Positions 9,652 through 19,439 of a stretch of DNA of 64,000 bases are shown here, piece after piece (the first letter of the stretch is position 1; each line of letters begins with the position of its first letter). A program made the translations under genes and the position numbers. The notes under the pieces are model-generated. The model was not told the DNA's origin and searched no databases. It saw nothing but the letters and a program-made list of their open reading frames with translations. The DNA is from an uncultured Candidatus Saccharimonas sp. (lineage in GTDB: Bacteria > Patescibacteriota > Saccharimonadia > Saccharimonadales > Saccharimonadaceae), in contig CAUQWN010000001.1 in assembly GCA_963522115.1 (NCBI GenBank), positions 212,916 through 276,915 of the forward strand. The letters run 5' to 3'.

Positions 9652-12132
9652 ATGAGAAAACTTAATATTTTATTTTTTGCTATTTTGCTAGCTTTTTTAT
9701 TTAGTTCTTTGTTTTTTCAAAAAAATACGAATGCTGCTTCTGTACCAGATAGTGTTGCTCGGAGGCTTAGAGACTCTTGCGATGCTAATGGTGGATGGGT
9801 TTACGAAACAACATATGAAAACACTAAGGAACCTTTTAGCGCTTATAGTAAGCCTACGTCAGTAACGGGAAACTGGATATCCTCTGATCCCGAAGGTGAA
9901 AAAGTTATTAGCTCTATTTACGAAAAAAATGATTTCCAAATAAGTAAAAATAATAGAAGTTTCTATCTTAACGTTGCTGCGATGGCGTGTAGGGGTGCAG
10001 CTAACGCCGCCGCCGCGAATATTAGGATTCAAAAAGGGGAATTAAATGCTGACAAGCTTGAGATAAACGGCCCTGTTGTCCTGGGTGGTAGGACTCAAGG
10101 TGCTGCTTATGATTTTAGTCTAAAGAATAGGGAGGTTGGTCGTATTGCCCCATCTACCAAAATAAGTATTAAAGAGTCTGAAATAGATAAACTTTCAGAT
10201 GGTGAATTTATACGGTTTAACGTGTGGCAATGTTGGGGTTTTTATGGTAAAGGGAATCATGGTTGGGACAGAGATGTTTATAACCAATGGCCGGGGTATT
10301 GTTATAGACATGAGATTGCTTTAAGAGTCAAGGCGCCAGTCAAATTTAACGTTGAAGGAGATACTAAAGCGGCAGTTCTAAATTCCAACCAGAGAATTAA
10401 CTCAGATGATTCAAGATTTAAGAGTAATGGTCGATACAATCCCCAAATCGCTAAAGTTGGTCAATGGGTTTCTTTTAGGCATAAAGTTACAGGTAAAGAT
10501 TTTAATAGAGATGATGTTAGCGGTATTGGCTATTATCAAACTATCAGGAATGATGGATATGGCGATTATTTAGTAAATAGAAACTATAATTTTAGATGGA
10601 ATAAATATCGGGGTAACAATCGCCCTACAATAATTAATCAAGGTAATATTTGGGATACGATTAATGCAATAGATACCGATAGAGAGATCTTTAGGGTAAC
10701 CAGAGATATGGCTGGAAAGATAATATGTTCAAAAATGTCATATAGAGTTGCTGCTGGAGATATTGACAATACCAATAGGTATAATAAAACTACTAATGAT
10801 TCGTGTGTCTATGTTCCTTATGATTTTGAAATAACACCTTGTGTTAAAATTGATAAAATTCGAAACTGCTCTGGTGGTGATTTAGATGTTCCTACTAATG
10901 GTAAAGTACCAAACGACCCTAATGATGGTGAAGAAATTAATATTCCAGGAGGCGGAACTGAAACTTCATCGATAAGGTATAAAATTACAACTTGGCGTGT
11001 TCCTTCAGATAAAGAGAGTTTTGTAACTCAAAATAATAAGAGAGATAACACGAACAGTGATACCTGTTCACCTTCAAACTTTTATTATCAAGATTATCAA
11101 GGAATCGAGAAATGTCATGTTGTTAAAGAAGGAGCTGGAAAATTTAATAAAGATACTCGAGTTGCCGACTTCATACCTTCAATTGAAGATGGTGCCGAGG
11201 CAGGAACCCGTTATTGTGTGGCGCTTTCCATCTCACCATACAAGATGAATTCGAACCAAAGTCAGGCTGAGCAAGCTAAACAAGAACGAGAAAATTTAGA
11301 CTGGCGGCATGGTGCACCAATTTGTATTAAGCTAGTTAAGAAACCAAAAGTTCAATTCTGGGGGAATGGTGTCTATTCAAAATCGGGTATTCGAACAAGT
11401 TTATCTACAGCTAAACAAGGAGTTCTTGGTTCTTGGGTTGAATATGAAGCACTCTCGGGCGTGAAAATTAAAGATTTTCGAACTGAATCTTCGCAAAGCA
11501 CTCGAAAGTTGGCAATTGAGGATTATTCTTCAAAAAGTAGTTTTGGCCAAGGTAAGTCAAGTATTGATTCATTAATTTCAAACATTGCTTCAAAATTTCC
11601 AAAAAAGAATTTCGAAGATACGAATACAAAAGTTGAAGTTTATGGCGATGCGAACAGGCAGCTTGGTTCAATTTCAGCTGATAAGCAAACTCGAGTAATC
11701 TATGGTAAAAATATTCGAATTTCTAGCGATATTGTGAATGCTGATAGAGCTGTAAATAATGATTCGGATTTTCGCCAGATTATAATTATTGCTGACGGAG
11801 ATATTACTATCGATCAAGGAGTGAAAAGAGTTGATGCGTGGTTGATTGCTCAAGGCGTAATAAATACTTGCGCAGTTAATGGCGCCCAGAATGCCAATGA
11901 TGTTAATATGAAAAATTGTGACAATCAATTGCGTGTGCGTGGTGGAACAGTTTCGAAAGGATTGCGATTATGGCGAACTGCTGGCTCTGATGGGACTGCG
12001 AAAGATACGCTAGCTAATCCTGCTGAAATTTTTAACCAATCGGCAGATACCTACTTGTGGGCTCAGTCTCAATCTGGTAGTGCGGGTAAAATTGTTACAA
12101 CTTATACTAAAGAACTTCCGGTGAGGTATTAA
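9652..12132 (+). CDS. Large secreted Cys-rich surface protein, putative pilus-associated adhesin (PilY1/PilC-like by context)
   Basis: 826 aa; signal peptide ending near TNAA; many paired Cys; beta-rich C-terminal region ending YTKELPVRY; lies immediately upstream of a PilX-like pilin. The function is inferred. Confidence 0.65.
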   Translation: MRKLNILFFAILLAFLFSSLFFQKNTNAASVPDSVARRLRDSCDANGGWVYETTYENTKEPFSAYSKPTSVTGNWISSDPEGEKVISSIYEKNDFQISKNNRSFYLNVAAMACRGAANAAAANIRIQKGELNADKLEINGPVVLGGRTQGAAYDFSLKNREVGRIAPSTKISIKESEIDKLSDGEFIRFNVWQCWGFYGKGNHGWDRDVYNQWPGYCYRHEIALRVKAPVKFNVEGDTKAAVLNSNQRINSDDSRFKSNGRYNPQIAKVGQWVSFRHKVTGKDFNRDDVSGIGYYQTIRNDGYGDYLVNRNYNFRWNKYRGNNRPTIINQGNIWDTINAIDTDREIFRVTRDMAGKIICSKMSYRVAAGDIDNTNRYNKTTNDSCVYVPYDFEITPCVKIDKIRNCSGGDLDVPTNGKVPNDPNDGEEINIPGGGTETSSIRYKITTWRVPSDKESFVTQNNKRDNTNSDTCSPSNFYYQDYQGIEKCHVVKEGAGKFNKDTRVADFIPSIEDGAEAGTRYCVALSISPYKMNSNQSQAEQAKQERENLDWRHGAPICIKLVKKPKVQFWGNGVYSKSGIRTSLSTAKQGVLGSWVEYEALSGVKIKDFRTESSQSTRKLAIEDYSSKSSFGQGKSSIDSLISNIASKFPKKNFEDTNTKVEVYGDANRQLGSISADKQTRVIYGKNIRISSDIVNADRAVNNDSDFRQIIIIADGDITIDQGVKRVDAWLIAQGVINTCAVNGAQNANDVNMKNCDNQLRVRGGTVSKGLRLWRTAGSDGTAKDTLANPAEIFNQSADTYLWAQSQSGSAGKIVTTYTKELPVRY

Positions 12133-12134
12133 AT

Positions 12135-13355
12135 ATGACAAATAGAGAGTTTAAAAAAGGTGGTGTTTCAATCTTTATTGTTATTATGGTTAGTATTTTG
12201 GTCTCGATTATGTCTGCAAGCTTTTTGCGGATTATGCTCCGAGACCAAGAGCAGGCCAGTAAGCTAGATCTTTCACAGAGCGCTTATGATAGTGCTCAGG
12301 CGGGAGTTGAAGACGCTAAAAGATTTTTGCGAATTTATAAAGGTGCCTGTGGTGGCGCAGATGTTGGTAAGAAAGTTTTCGAAGGCAAGACATATGATTG
12401 TAGTGAAATGACAAAGGCAATTCTGTCTGGTAGCTGTTATGTTCTAGCGACTGCCGGAATTGGCGCTAATGGTAGTGAAACTATAGTACAAACCAAAACA
12501 AGTTCTGGTGGAGGAAATACCGATGGAGATTTAAACCAAGCCTATACTTGTGTTAAAATTAAAACAGATACTTCTGACTTTTTGGGTCAAAGTAATGAAG
12601 GAACGCCCTCAGTTATTAACTTAAAAGGCGTTTCGAGCTTTAACCAGATTCGTGTTAAGTGGCATACTAAAAATAATATGGCGAATGGTTCAAAAATATC
12701 GTTAGATTCAATAAATAATCCTAATACTCGCCCTAATATTCTTAAAGATTGGCAAGCTCAAAATAGACCAGCCATATTAAAAACCCAATTATATGGTTAT
12801 GTTCCCGGACGGAATGGAAATTCATCAACAAGTATGGATACACCTTATCCAGATGATGGAAATGGTGCAAGTGAAATGCTGTTATATCCTGCTTCAGGCT
12901 TGGATTCTCGAGTTGTGAATAGTTCAAATCTACCAACTGTTCGTCGAGATGAAAATTCTGCACAGTCAACAAATGACTATACTTTTACAAAATGTTTAGA
13001 TGATCTTGGGGCTGGCTCAAGTACCTATGCCTGCGAAATGGTAATAAATATTGGGCGAAACGTTTCTCCGACTGATGTTTTATATGCTCGATTGACACCT
13101 TTAATGAATAATGCTGAATTTAAAATTGAGCTTATGAACAATGGTAATGTTGTAGATTTTAAAGGTATTCAACCGAAAGTTGATTCAACTGGTCGAGCAA
13201 ATAGTCAGTTTAGAAGAATTGAAAGTCGAATTGGATTTCATGATAGTAATTTCCCAGTTCCTTTATTTTCTGCTCAAACTGAAGGGGATGAGCCGGTTTG
13301 CAAAGATTTCTCAACAACTAAAATTAAAAATAGTGGGTTAAACTGTAAGATGTAA
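12135..13355 (+). CDS. PilX/GspK-like minor type IV pilin
   Basis: Class III signal FKKG|GVSIFIVIMV lacking Glu5, followed by the PilX-N-like motif SQSAYDSAQAGVEDA and a C-terminal STGR...RRIE strand. Confidence 0.8.
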   Translation: MTNREFKKGGVSIFIVIMVSILVSIMSASFLRIMLRDQEQASKLDLSQSAYDSAQAGVEDAKRFLRIYKGACGGADVGKKVFEGKTYDCSEMTKAILSGSCYVLATAGIGANGSETIVQTKTSSGGGNTDGDLNQAYTCVKIKTDTSDFLGQSNEGTPSVINLKGVSSFNQIRVKWHTKNNMANGSKISLDSINNPNTRPNILKDWQAQNRPAILKTQLYGYVPGRNGNSSTSMDTPYPDDGNGASEMLLYPASGLDSRVVNSSNLPTVRRDENSAQSTNDYTFTKCLDDLGAGSSTYACEMVINIGRNVSPTDVLYARLTPLMNNAEFKIELMNNGNVVDFKGIQPKVDSTGRANSQFRRIESRIGFHDSNFPVPLFSAQTEGDEPVCKDFSTTKIKNSGLNCKM

Positions 13356-13356
13356 T

Positions 13357-13386
13357 ATAAAATAGCCTCTATGAAGGCTATTTTAT
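13357..13386. terminator. Bidirectional intrinsic terminator between convergent genes
   Basis: ATAAAATAGCCT-ctatga-AGGCTATTTTAT inverted repeat with A/T tracts on both sides. Confidence 0.8.
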
Positions 13387-13401
13387 TATATTTCGAAATT
13401 A

Positions 13402-14907
13402 TTATTTTGCATATTCGATTGCGCGCGTTTCACGAATTATATTAACTTTAATTACGCCTGGATATTGCATTGTGCTTTCAATTTTATCTGCAATATCTCG
13501 TGCCATTTTTATTGCTGAAAGATCGTCGATAGATTCTGGTGAGACTATTACACGGATCTCTCTACCAGCAGAAATTGCATAAGCCTTATTTATTCCCTTA
13601 AAGCTAGTTGCAACATTTTCAAGCTCGCGCATTCTCTCTACAAAGTTTTCGGCAGAAGCGTTTCGAGTTCCTGGTCGAGAAGCACTCATTGCATCAGTAA
13701 TTTTAACAATAATTGCTTCAACCGTTGTAGCTTCAACATCTTCATGATGTGCTGCAATTGCATTTACGACTCGGGGATCCATTCCGTATTTTTCGGCAAG
13801 CTCAGCACCTATTTGGGCATGTTTCCCTTCAATCTTATGGGTTACAGCCTTTCCGATGTCGTGAAAGAGCGCAGCAGTTTTTGCAATTTTAACGTTTGCA
13901 CCAATTTCTTCGGCAATTAAGCCTGCAACATTGGCCATTTCTGTTGAATGTTTTAAAACATTCTGGCCATAACTTGTTCGAAACTTTAATTCACCAAGCA
14001 GTCGTAACATTTCATGCGGTAAACCTGAAAGTCCGACTTCACGAGCGGCATCTTCGCCAGCACGATTAATTTCCTTGTTTATTTCACGTTCAGCTTTTTC
14101 AACAACTTCTTCAATTCTTGCTGGATTGATTCGCCCGTCTTTCATTAAAAGCTCAAGCGAAAGTCGTGCAACTTGTCGGCGAACAGGGTCGAAACTTGAA
14201 AGAACAACCATTCCGGGGGTATCATCAACCAAGATATCTACACCAGTTTCGCGCTGAAGTGCTTGAATGTTTCGGCCTTCTTTGCCAATAATCCGACCCT
14301 TCATTTCATCGTCGGGTAGTTTTAAAGCAGTAACTGTTCGTTCAGCTGTTACTTCACTTGAGATTCGTTCCATTGCTGAAACCAAAATAGCCTGAGCTCG
14401 TTCTTCGGCATCTTCGGTTGCATTTTTTTGAAGCTTTGCAACTAGATTAACCATATCTTGAGCCATATTTCTTTCGGCAATTTTCATAATTTTTTCAGCC
14501 GCTTCTTTTTTTGAAAGCTTTGCAATTTTTTCAAGTTTTTCATCTTGCTTTTTGCGAATTTCTTTAATCTCATTTTTGAGTTTTTCAACTTCAAGCTCAT
14601 TATTTCGAAGTTTTTCGGTTCGTAAATCAATCTGGTCGAGCTTTCGGTCGAGAGATTCTTCTCGTTCTGCGAGGCGATTTTCAGTTTTTCGAATTTCTTT
14701 TCGCCGTTCTGATTCATCTTCGTTAGCCTTTTCGGTAATTTTTAAGGCTTTTTCATTTGCGCGTTCTAAAATTTCAGCTGATTTTTTTCGGGCTTCAGCA
14801 ATAATTTTATCTGAATTATTTTTTGCATTTGCGGTTTTTACTTTTTGATATGCAAAAGCGCTACCACCGCCAAACAAAACGCCAAGCGTAGCTATAATTA
14901 TTTCCAT
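13402..14907 (-). CDS. rny: Ribonuclease Y
   Basis: N-terminal TM helix, coiled coil, KH domain (MKGRIIGKEGRNI), HD domain (RTSYGQNVLKHS, HDIGK), SASRPG. Confidence 0.97.
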   Translation of the reverse strand: MEIIIATLGVLFGGGSAFAYQKVKTANAKNNSDKIIAEARKKSAEILERANEKALKITEKANEDESERRKEIRKTENRLAEREESLDRKLDQIDLRTEKLRNNELEVEKLKNEIKEIRKKQDEKLEKIAKLSKKEAAEKIMKIAERNMAQDMVNLVAKLQKNATEDAEERAQAILVSAMERISSEVTAERTVTALKLPDDEMKGRIIGKEGRNIQALQRETGVDILVDDTPGMVVLSSFDPVRRQVARLSLELLMKDGRINPARIEEVVEKAEREINKEINRAGEDAAREVGLSGLPHEMLRLLGELKFRTSYGQNVLKHSTEMANVAGLIAEEIGANVKIAKTAALFHDIGKAVTHKIEGKHAQIGAELAEKYGMDPRVVNAIAAHHEDVEATTVEAIIVKITDAMSASRPGTRNASAENFVERMRELENVATSFKGINKAYAISAGREIRVIVSPESIDDLSAIKMARDIADKIESTMQYPGVIKVNIIRETRAIEYAK

Positions 14908-15030
14908 ATTTTTCCTTTCATCAATAAATAATTAAAAAATCAAAAGCAATATTATGCCTAAATCCATTTTATCATAAAAAAAGTAAATTTCAAAATTGCG
15001 AAAAATATTTTTTTAGTGTATAATTTAATT

Positions 15031-15504
15031 ATGTTTATGTCTTTTTTAACTTGGTGGTATGGGAAAGGGCTAGCTTGGCGTGCTGAGAAGATTTTAGATG
15101 GAATCGAACGCTCGATTGATACTTTTTCGCTTGGTCTTTTAATAAAAACTTGGTTTGCACCTTTTCGACAAATTGATGCTTTAGGTGTTTCGAACGCTTC
15201 AGTTGAAGTCCGAATCAAGAAGTTTTTTGACAAGCTTTTTTCTCGGTTTATTGGTGCTTTTTTGCGAACAATAATAATGATAATTGGTGTATTTTTTATT
15301 AGCTTCAAAGCAATCTGGGGTCTAATAATGCTGATTTTATGGTTAATTTCACCTGTTTTACCGATTATTCTTGCTGTAATTTTTACAACTGGTTGGACTC
15401 CTAAAATTATTCCAAAAATTAAGGATGATTTTAAAAATTGGCAAAAAAATGTTCCATCAAAAGAAGTTAAACCAAATAAAACAAAAAGGAGTTGGTTCTT
15501 ATGA
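15031..15504 (+). CDS. Hypothetical membrane protein coupled to the Clp ATPase gene
   Basis: Hydrophobic ORF (WWYG, TWFAPFRQI); TATAAT 6 nt before the ATG at 15031; stop overlaps the next start (ATGA). Confidence 0.8.
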   Translation: MFMSFLTWWYGKGLAWRAEKILDGIERSIDTFSLGLLIKTWFAPFRQIDALGVSNASVEVRIKKFFDKLFSRFIGAFLRTIIMIIGVFFISFKAIWGLIMLILWLISPVLPIILAVIFTTGWTPKIIPKIKDDFKNWQKNVPSKEVKPNKTKRSWFL

Positions 15505-17876
15505 TTTTTGATTACAATGATTTGCGCGCAAAAAAATCCCGTTTAATGAATGGGCTTAGGGGTTTTTTATTTCTACTTAAGATTTTGAAAATTTTTGGAA
15601 TTTTGAGTGGATTTTGTCTAATTTTAATGGATTCGGCTCTTGGCTGGCTAATTTTAGCATTTTCATCAATAATCACAACTTTAGTTCATTGGTGGAATGG
15701 AGAACTTCATAGGCTGGAGCCAACAAAAGATTTAAATATTGAAGGGCAGCTAGCTAGCAATATTTTAGGAAAACTTTCTAAAAATCCAACAAGCGAGCAG
15801 ATCGCAAAAGTAGTTTTAGAAAGTTCTGGTGGAAAGTTTATTATTTCACGTTTTGGGCTTGGAAAAACTACGATTGAAAGTTTGGTTCAGATTCCACAAA
15901 ATTTACCTGAGAATATTTTTCAAACTGCACTACAAATTCAGCAAAAGTTAAAAACTAAAACCGTTTCTGGTTCGGTTTTAACTCTTGCGATAATTCGAAA
16001 TTTTCCAAATTACGAAACGCTTCTTGCGCAGTTTTATCTTGACTTTGAGGATTTAGAACGTGGTGTTTTGTGGCATGATCATATTTTTTCACTAATAAGT
16101 CAATCTAAAATTCCAATGAAAACTGGTGGAATTGCCCGCGATTGGTCGTTTGGTTATACTCCAACCTTGAACCGTTTTGGAGTGAATATTACAAATCAGG
16201 TTTCGAACAATATTTTAATGTCTTCAAATTTAGAGCAACATAAAGATTTAGTTTCGAAAATGGTTGAACAGTTCAGTGGTAATGGAAAACAGAATATTGC
16301 CTTGATTGGTGCTGATGGTGTTGGTAAAACTACTGTTGTGAATTCTTTCGCTGCAAAAATTGCAAATGGCAGTGAGAAAATCCCTTCAAATTTAAAATTT
16401 AGACAGGTTGTTTCTCTTGACGCCGCATCTTTGATTGCGGCAGCACCAGGGCGAGGTGAAATAGAAAATTTGCTGAATTATGTTTTGAATGAGGCTTATG
16501 CTGCTAAAAATATAATTATTTGTCTTGATAATGCTCAGCTATTTTTTGAAGATGGTGTTGGTTCGGTTGATGTTTCGAATTTATTCCTTCCTATTATTCA
16601 GGCTGGTGCTTTAAGATTAATCTTAACTCTTGACGAACAGAGATTTTTGCAAATTTCAGCAAAGAACCCAGCACTTGCTCAGGCAATGAATAGGTTGCAA
16701 GTTAAGCCAGCTAATTATGATGAAACACTGGCAGTTATGCAAGATAAGTTGTTGATTTTCGAACATCAAAATGGTGTGTTTTATCAATTTCAAGCACTTA
16801 AAGAAGCTTTTAAACTAAGCGAAAGATATATATTTGATTTAGAAATGCCAGGGCGGGCGGTGCGCTTGTTAGAGATGGCGGCAGGATTTGCTGATAATAA
16901 AATTGTAACGGCGAGCTCAGTTGAAAAAGCGATTGAGCAAACAATGAATGTAAAAATTGCTACTGCAAATGTTAATGAAGAGAAAGAAACTTTATTAAAC
17001 CTTGAAGATTTATTGCATGCCAGAATGGTTGGCCAGGAAAAAGCAGTTTCGGCTGTAGCAAATGCTTTGCGTCGTGCGAGAACTGGTGTTCGAAATCAAA
17101 ACAGACCAATTGGAACATTTCTATTTCTTGGCCCAACTGGAGTTGGTAAAACAGAGCTTTCGAAGGCACTTTCAGAAGTTTATTTTAATGGTGAAAATAA
17201 TATTGTACGTCTTGATTTGAATGAGTTTGTAAACCTTGACGATGTCTCAAGATTGATTGCAGATAGTGCGCGTGACGCGAGTTCTCTAACTGCTCAAATG
17301 ATGAAAAAGCCTTTCTCGGTTGTTCTTTTAGATGAAATTGAAAAGGCTCACCCAAATGTTCTAACTGCTCTTTTGCAGGTTTTAGATGAAGGTATTTTGA
17401 GGGATGAAAAAAACCGTGAGGTTTCATTTCGAGATGCGATTATTATTGCAACATCAAATGCTGGCTCTGAGCGAATTCAAGAGCTGATTTCTCGTGGTTA
17501 CGATTCGACAAGCGCTGAAGAAATCATTGTAAATGATTTAATTGCAAGTCGTGAATTTCGCCCTGAATTTCTGAACCGTTTTGACGAAATTATCGTTTTT
17601 GAACCGCTCACAAAAGAAAATCTGATGCAGATTATTGATTTGATGATTGTTGGGGTAAATAAAACTCTTGCTGGTCAAAAAATTACAGTTTCTGTTACGC
17701 CAGAAGCTAAAATATTGCTTACAAATTTAGGTTATGATCCAAAACTTGGTGCTCGACCAATGAGAAGAGTTATTCAGCGAGTCGTAGAAAACACTATTGC
17801 GCGAAAAATGCTTTCCGGCGAAGCTCAAGCTGGTTCGAATATTGAAATTACTCCAGAGATAGTTCGACAAAGCTAA
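15501..17876 (+). CDS. Clp/Hsp100 family AAA+ ATPase with N-terminal membrane anchor
   Basis: Two AAA modules (GADGVGKT; FLFLGPTGVGKTEL, LLDEIEKAH, FRPEFLNRFD, GARPMRR) preceded by two hydrophobic helices. Confidence 0.9.
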   Translation: MIFDYNDLRAKKSRLMNGLRGFLFLLKILKIFGILSGFCLILMDSALGWLILAFSSIITTLVHWWNGELHRLEPTKDLNIEGQLASNILGKLSKNPTSEQIAKVVLESSGGKFIISRFGLGKTTIESLVQIPQNLPENIFQTALQIQQKLKTKTVSGSVLTLAIIRNFPNYETLLAQFYLDFEDLERGVLWHDHIFSLISQSKIPMKTGGIARDWSFGYTPTLNRFGVNITNQVSNNILMSSNLEQHKDLVSKMVEQFSGNGKQNIALIGADGVGKTTVVNSFAAKIANGSEKIPSNLKFRQVVSLDAASLIAAAPGRGEIENLLNYVLNEAYAAKNIIICLDNAQLFFEDGVGSVDVSNLFLPIIQAGALRLILTLDEQRFLQISAKNPALAQAMNRLQVKPANYDETLAVMQDKLLIFEHQNGVFYQFQALKEAFKLSERYIFDLEMPGRAVRLLEMAAGFADNKIVTASSVEKAIEQTMNVKIATANVNEEKETLLNLEDLLHARMVGQEKAVSAVANALRRARTGVRNQNRPIGTFLFLGPTGVGKTELSKALSEVYFNGENNIVRLDLNEFVNLDDVSRLIADSARDASSLTAQMMKKPFSVVLLDEIEKAHPNVLTALLQVLDEGILRDEKNREVSFRDAIIIATSNAGSERIQELISRGYDSTSAEEIIVNDLIASREFRPEFLNRFDEIIVFEPLTKENLMQIIDLMIVGVNKTLAGQKITVSVTPEAKILLTNLGYDPKLGARPMRRVIQRVVENTIARKMLSGEAQAGSNIEITPEIVRQS

Positions 17877-17930
17877 TATAAAATAAAAATCAGCAGATAG
17901 ATATTCTTGCTGATTTATTTTTTCAAATTC

Positions 17931-18007
17931 TGGAGGGCCAGGAGGGGCTCGAACCCTCGACACCCTGCTTAAGAGGCAGGTGCTCTAACCGGCTGAGCTA
18001 CTGGCCC
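17931..18007 (-). tRNA. tRNA-Lys(CUU)
   Basis: GGGCCAG...CCTGC-CT-CTT-AA-GCAGG...GGTTCGAGCC...CTGGCCC-T-CCA cloverleaf. Confidence 0.95.
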
Positions 18008-18051
18008 AATATTCACATTATAGCATATTTAATTATGAAAAAAAAGACTTT

Positions 18052-18573
18052 TTAATTATTTTTTGGCTGAATTTTATAAATATAATGTGCGCCTGATATT
18101 CTAAAAGGTTTTAAGTTTTTAATTTCGAAACCATAGCTAATAAAAAGTAGAGGCATTTTTTGAAAATTTGCCTGAATTTGAGCAAGCTTTAGCATTTTTT
18201 CAATCCTCTCGGCGTGGCCAAAAGTATAGAATATGGTAATGTTTGGAATTGGGAAGGCTCTCCAAAAATTTTTAAGATAAATTTGGCAGTTTTGTTGTTT
18301 TCGAAGTTTAACTTTTGAAATTAGAACCAGAAAAGGGTTAATTTCAAAACCAATAGCTTTTGCGTTAAAATTATTTGCAACTTTTAAAACAACTCCATCA
18401 CCAGAACCGATATCTACGAGTATATCTTCTTTAGAAAGATTTATTGTTTCGAAGAGTTTGAAAAGATCTGATTTATGCGTAGGGACATACGGTGCACCAA
18501 AAAATACAGTTAAAAGAAAAGCGGCAATAATTATGCCGAGAATGAATAATATTGAGTAAAAAATAATTTCCAT
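18052..18573 (-). CDS. Class I SAM-dependent methyltransferase with N-terminal TM helix
   Basis: GAPYVPT, VDIGSGDG (motif I), GFEINP. Confidence 0.85.
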   Translation of the reverse strand: MEIIFYSILFILGIIIAAFLLTVFFGAPYVPTHKSDLFKLFETINLSKEDILVDIGSGDGVVLKVANNFNAKAIGFEINPFLVLISKVKLRKQQNCQIYLKNFWRAFPIPNITIFYTFGHAERIEKMLKLAQIQANFQKMPLLFISYGFEIKNLKPFRISGAHYIYKIQPKNN

Positions 18574-18587
18574 AAAATAAAATAATT

Positions 18588-18664
18588 TGGTACCCCCGGT
18601 AGGACTCGAACCTACGGCCAGGAGGGTAGAAACCTCTTACTCTAATCCACTGAGCTACGGGGGC
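18588..18664 (-). tRNA. tRNA-Arg(UCU)
   Basis: GCCCCCG...GAGG-TT-TCT-AC-CCTC...GGTTCGAGTCC...CGGGGGT-A-CCA. Confidence 0.92.
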
Positions 18665-18773
18665 GTACCTAAAACAATTATATCAAGTTTTTTTAAAAAA
18701 GTCTATATGATTATTTTCTAAAAGCAAAAACCTCCAGAAAATGGAGGCTTGTGCTAAAACAAAAAAGATCAAA

Positions 18774-18848
18774 TGGTGCGGGCGGAGAGAATCGAACTCT
18801 CATCACTTGCTTGGAAGGCAGGTATATTAGCCGTTATACGACGCCCGC
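18774..18848 (-). tRNA. tRNA-Gly(UCC)
   Basis: GCGGGCG...CCTGC-CT-TCC-AA-GCAAG...GTTCGATTC...CGCCCGC-A-CCA. Confidence 0.93.
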
Positions 18849-18927
18849 ATGAGATTATTATAACAAACATTTTCTATAAAAGCAAGACTTTTTTGAAAAA
18901 ATAATGTGTTTATGCTAATATAGTATT

Positions 18928-19395
18928 ATGAAATTAAATGATTATGTTGTAAAATCAAGTCTTGAAGAAGTTTCTCATTCTAGCGGATACGCTAAAGCTC
19001 AGTCTGGTGGAAGAATTGGTGCTGCAAGCTCACAAAGTTTTGCGCAGCGCCAGGCGATTGATTATAGAAATTCGAAAGTGCGATCATATCGAGATTCTCA
19101 ACTTGGTCAATTAAGAATGGCACAAAAAACTAAAATGGAAAGTTCAAGATCGGCTCTTGATCAGATTAGAGCCAAAAGAGAAGAAAGGGCTTCAAATTAT
19201 TTGCAGCAAAATTTAAATAGACAAAAAAATACAATTTCGAATGGTCAAATTGATCAATCAACAAAAATAAGAATGACGAAAAGTGGTTTCGGCGAGGTTC
19301 AACAAACCGGAATGGCAGGTTTTTATGGTTCGCAAACTCCAAGCTCTCAAAATGTTATGCGAAGTTTTCGCCCGCAAATTAAGCCAAAATTTTAA
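18928..19395 (+). CDS. Hypothetical basic, Ser/Gln/Arg-rich protein
   Basis: 155-aa ORF of low complexity with no hydrophobic segment. Confidence 0.75.
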   Translation: MKLNDYVVKSSLEEVSHSSGYAKAQSGGRIGAASSQSFAQRQAIDYRNSKVRSYRDSQLGQLRMAQKTKMESSRSALDQIRAKREERASNYLQQNLNRQKNTISNGQIDQSTKIRMTKSGFGEVQQTGMAGFYGSQTPSSQNVMRSFRPQIKPKF

Positions 19396-19439
19396 AGCTT
19401 GATTTTCAGGTTTTTATGTGTTAAAATGGTTGAAGTTAT

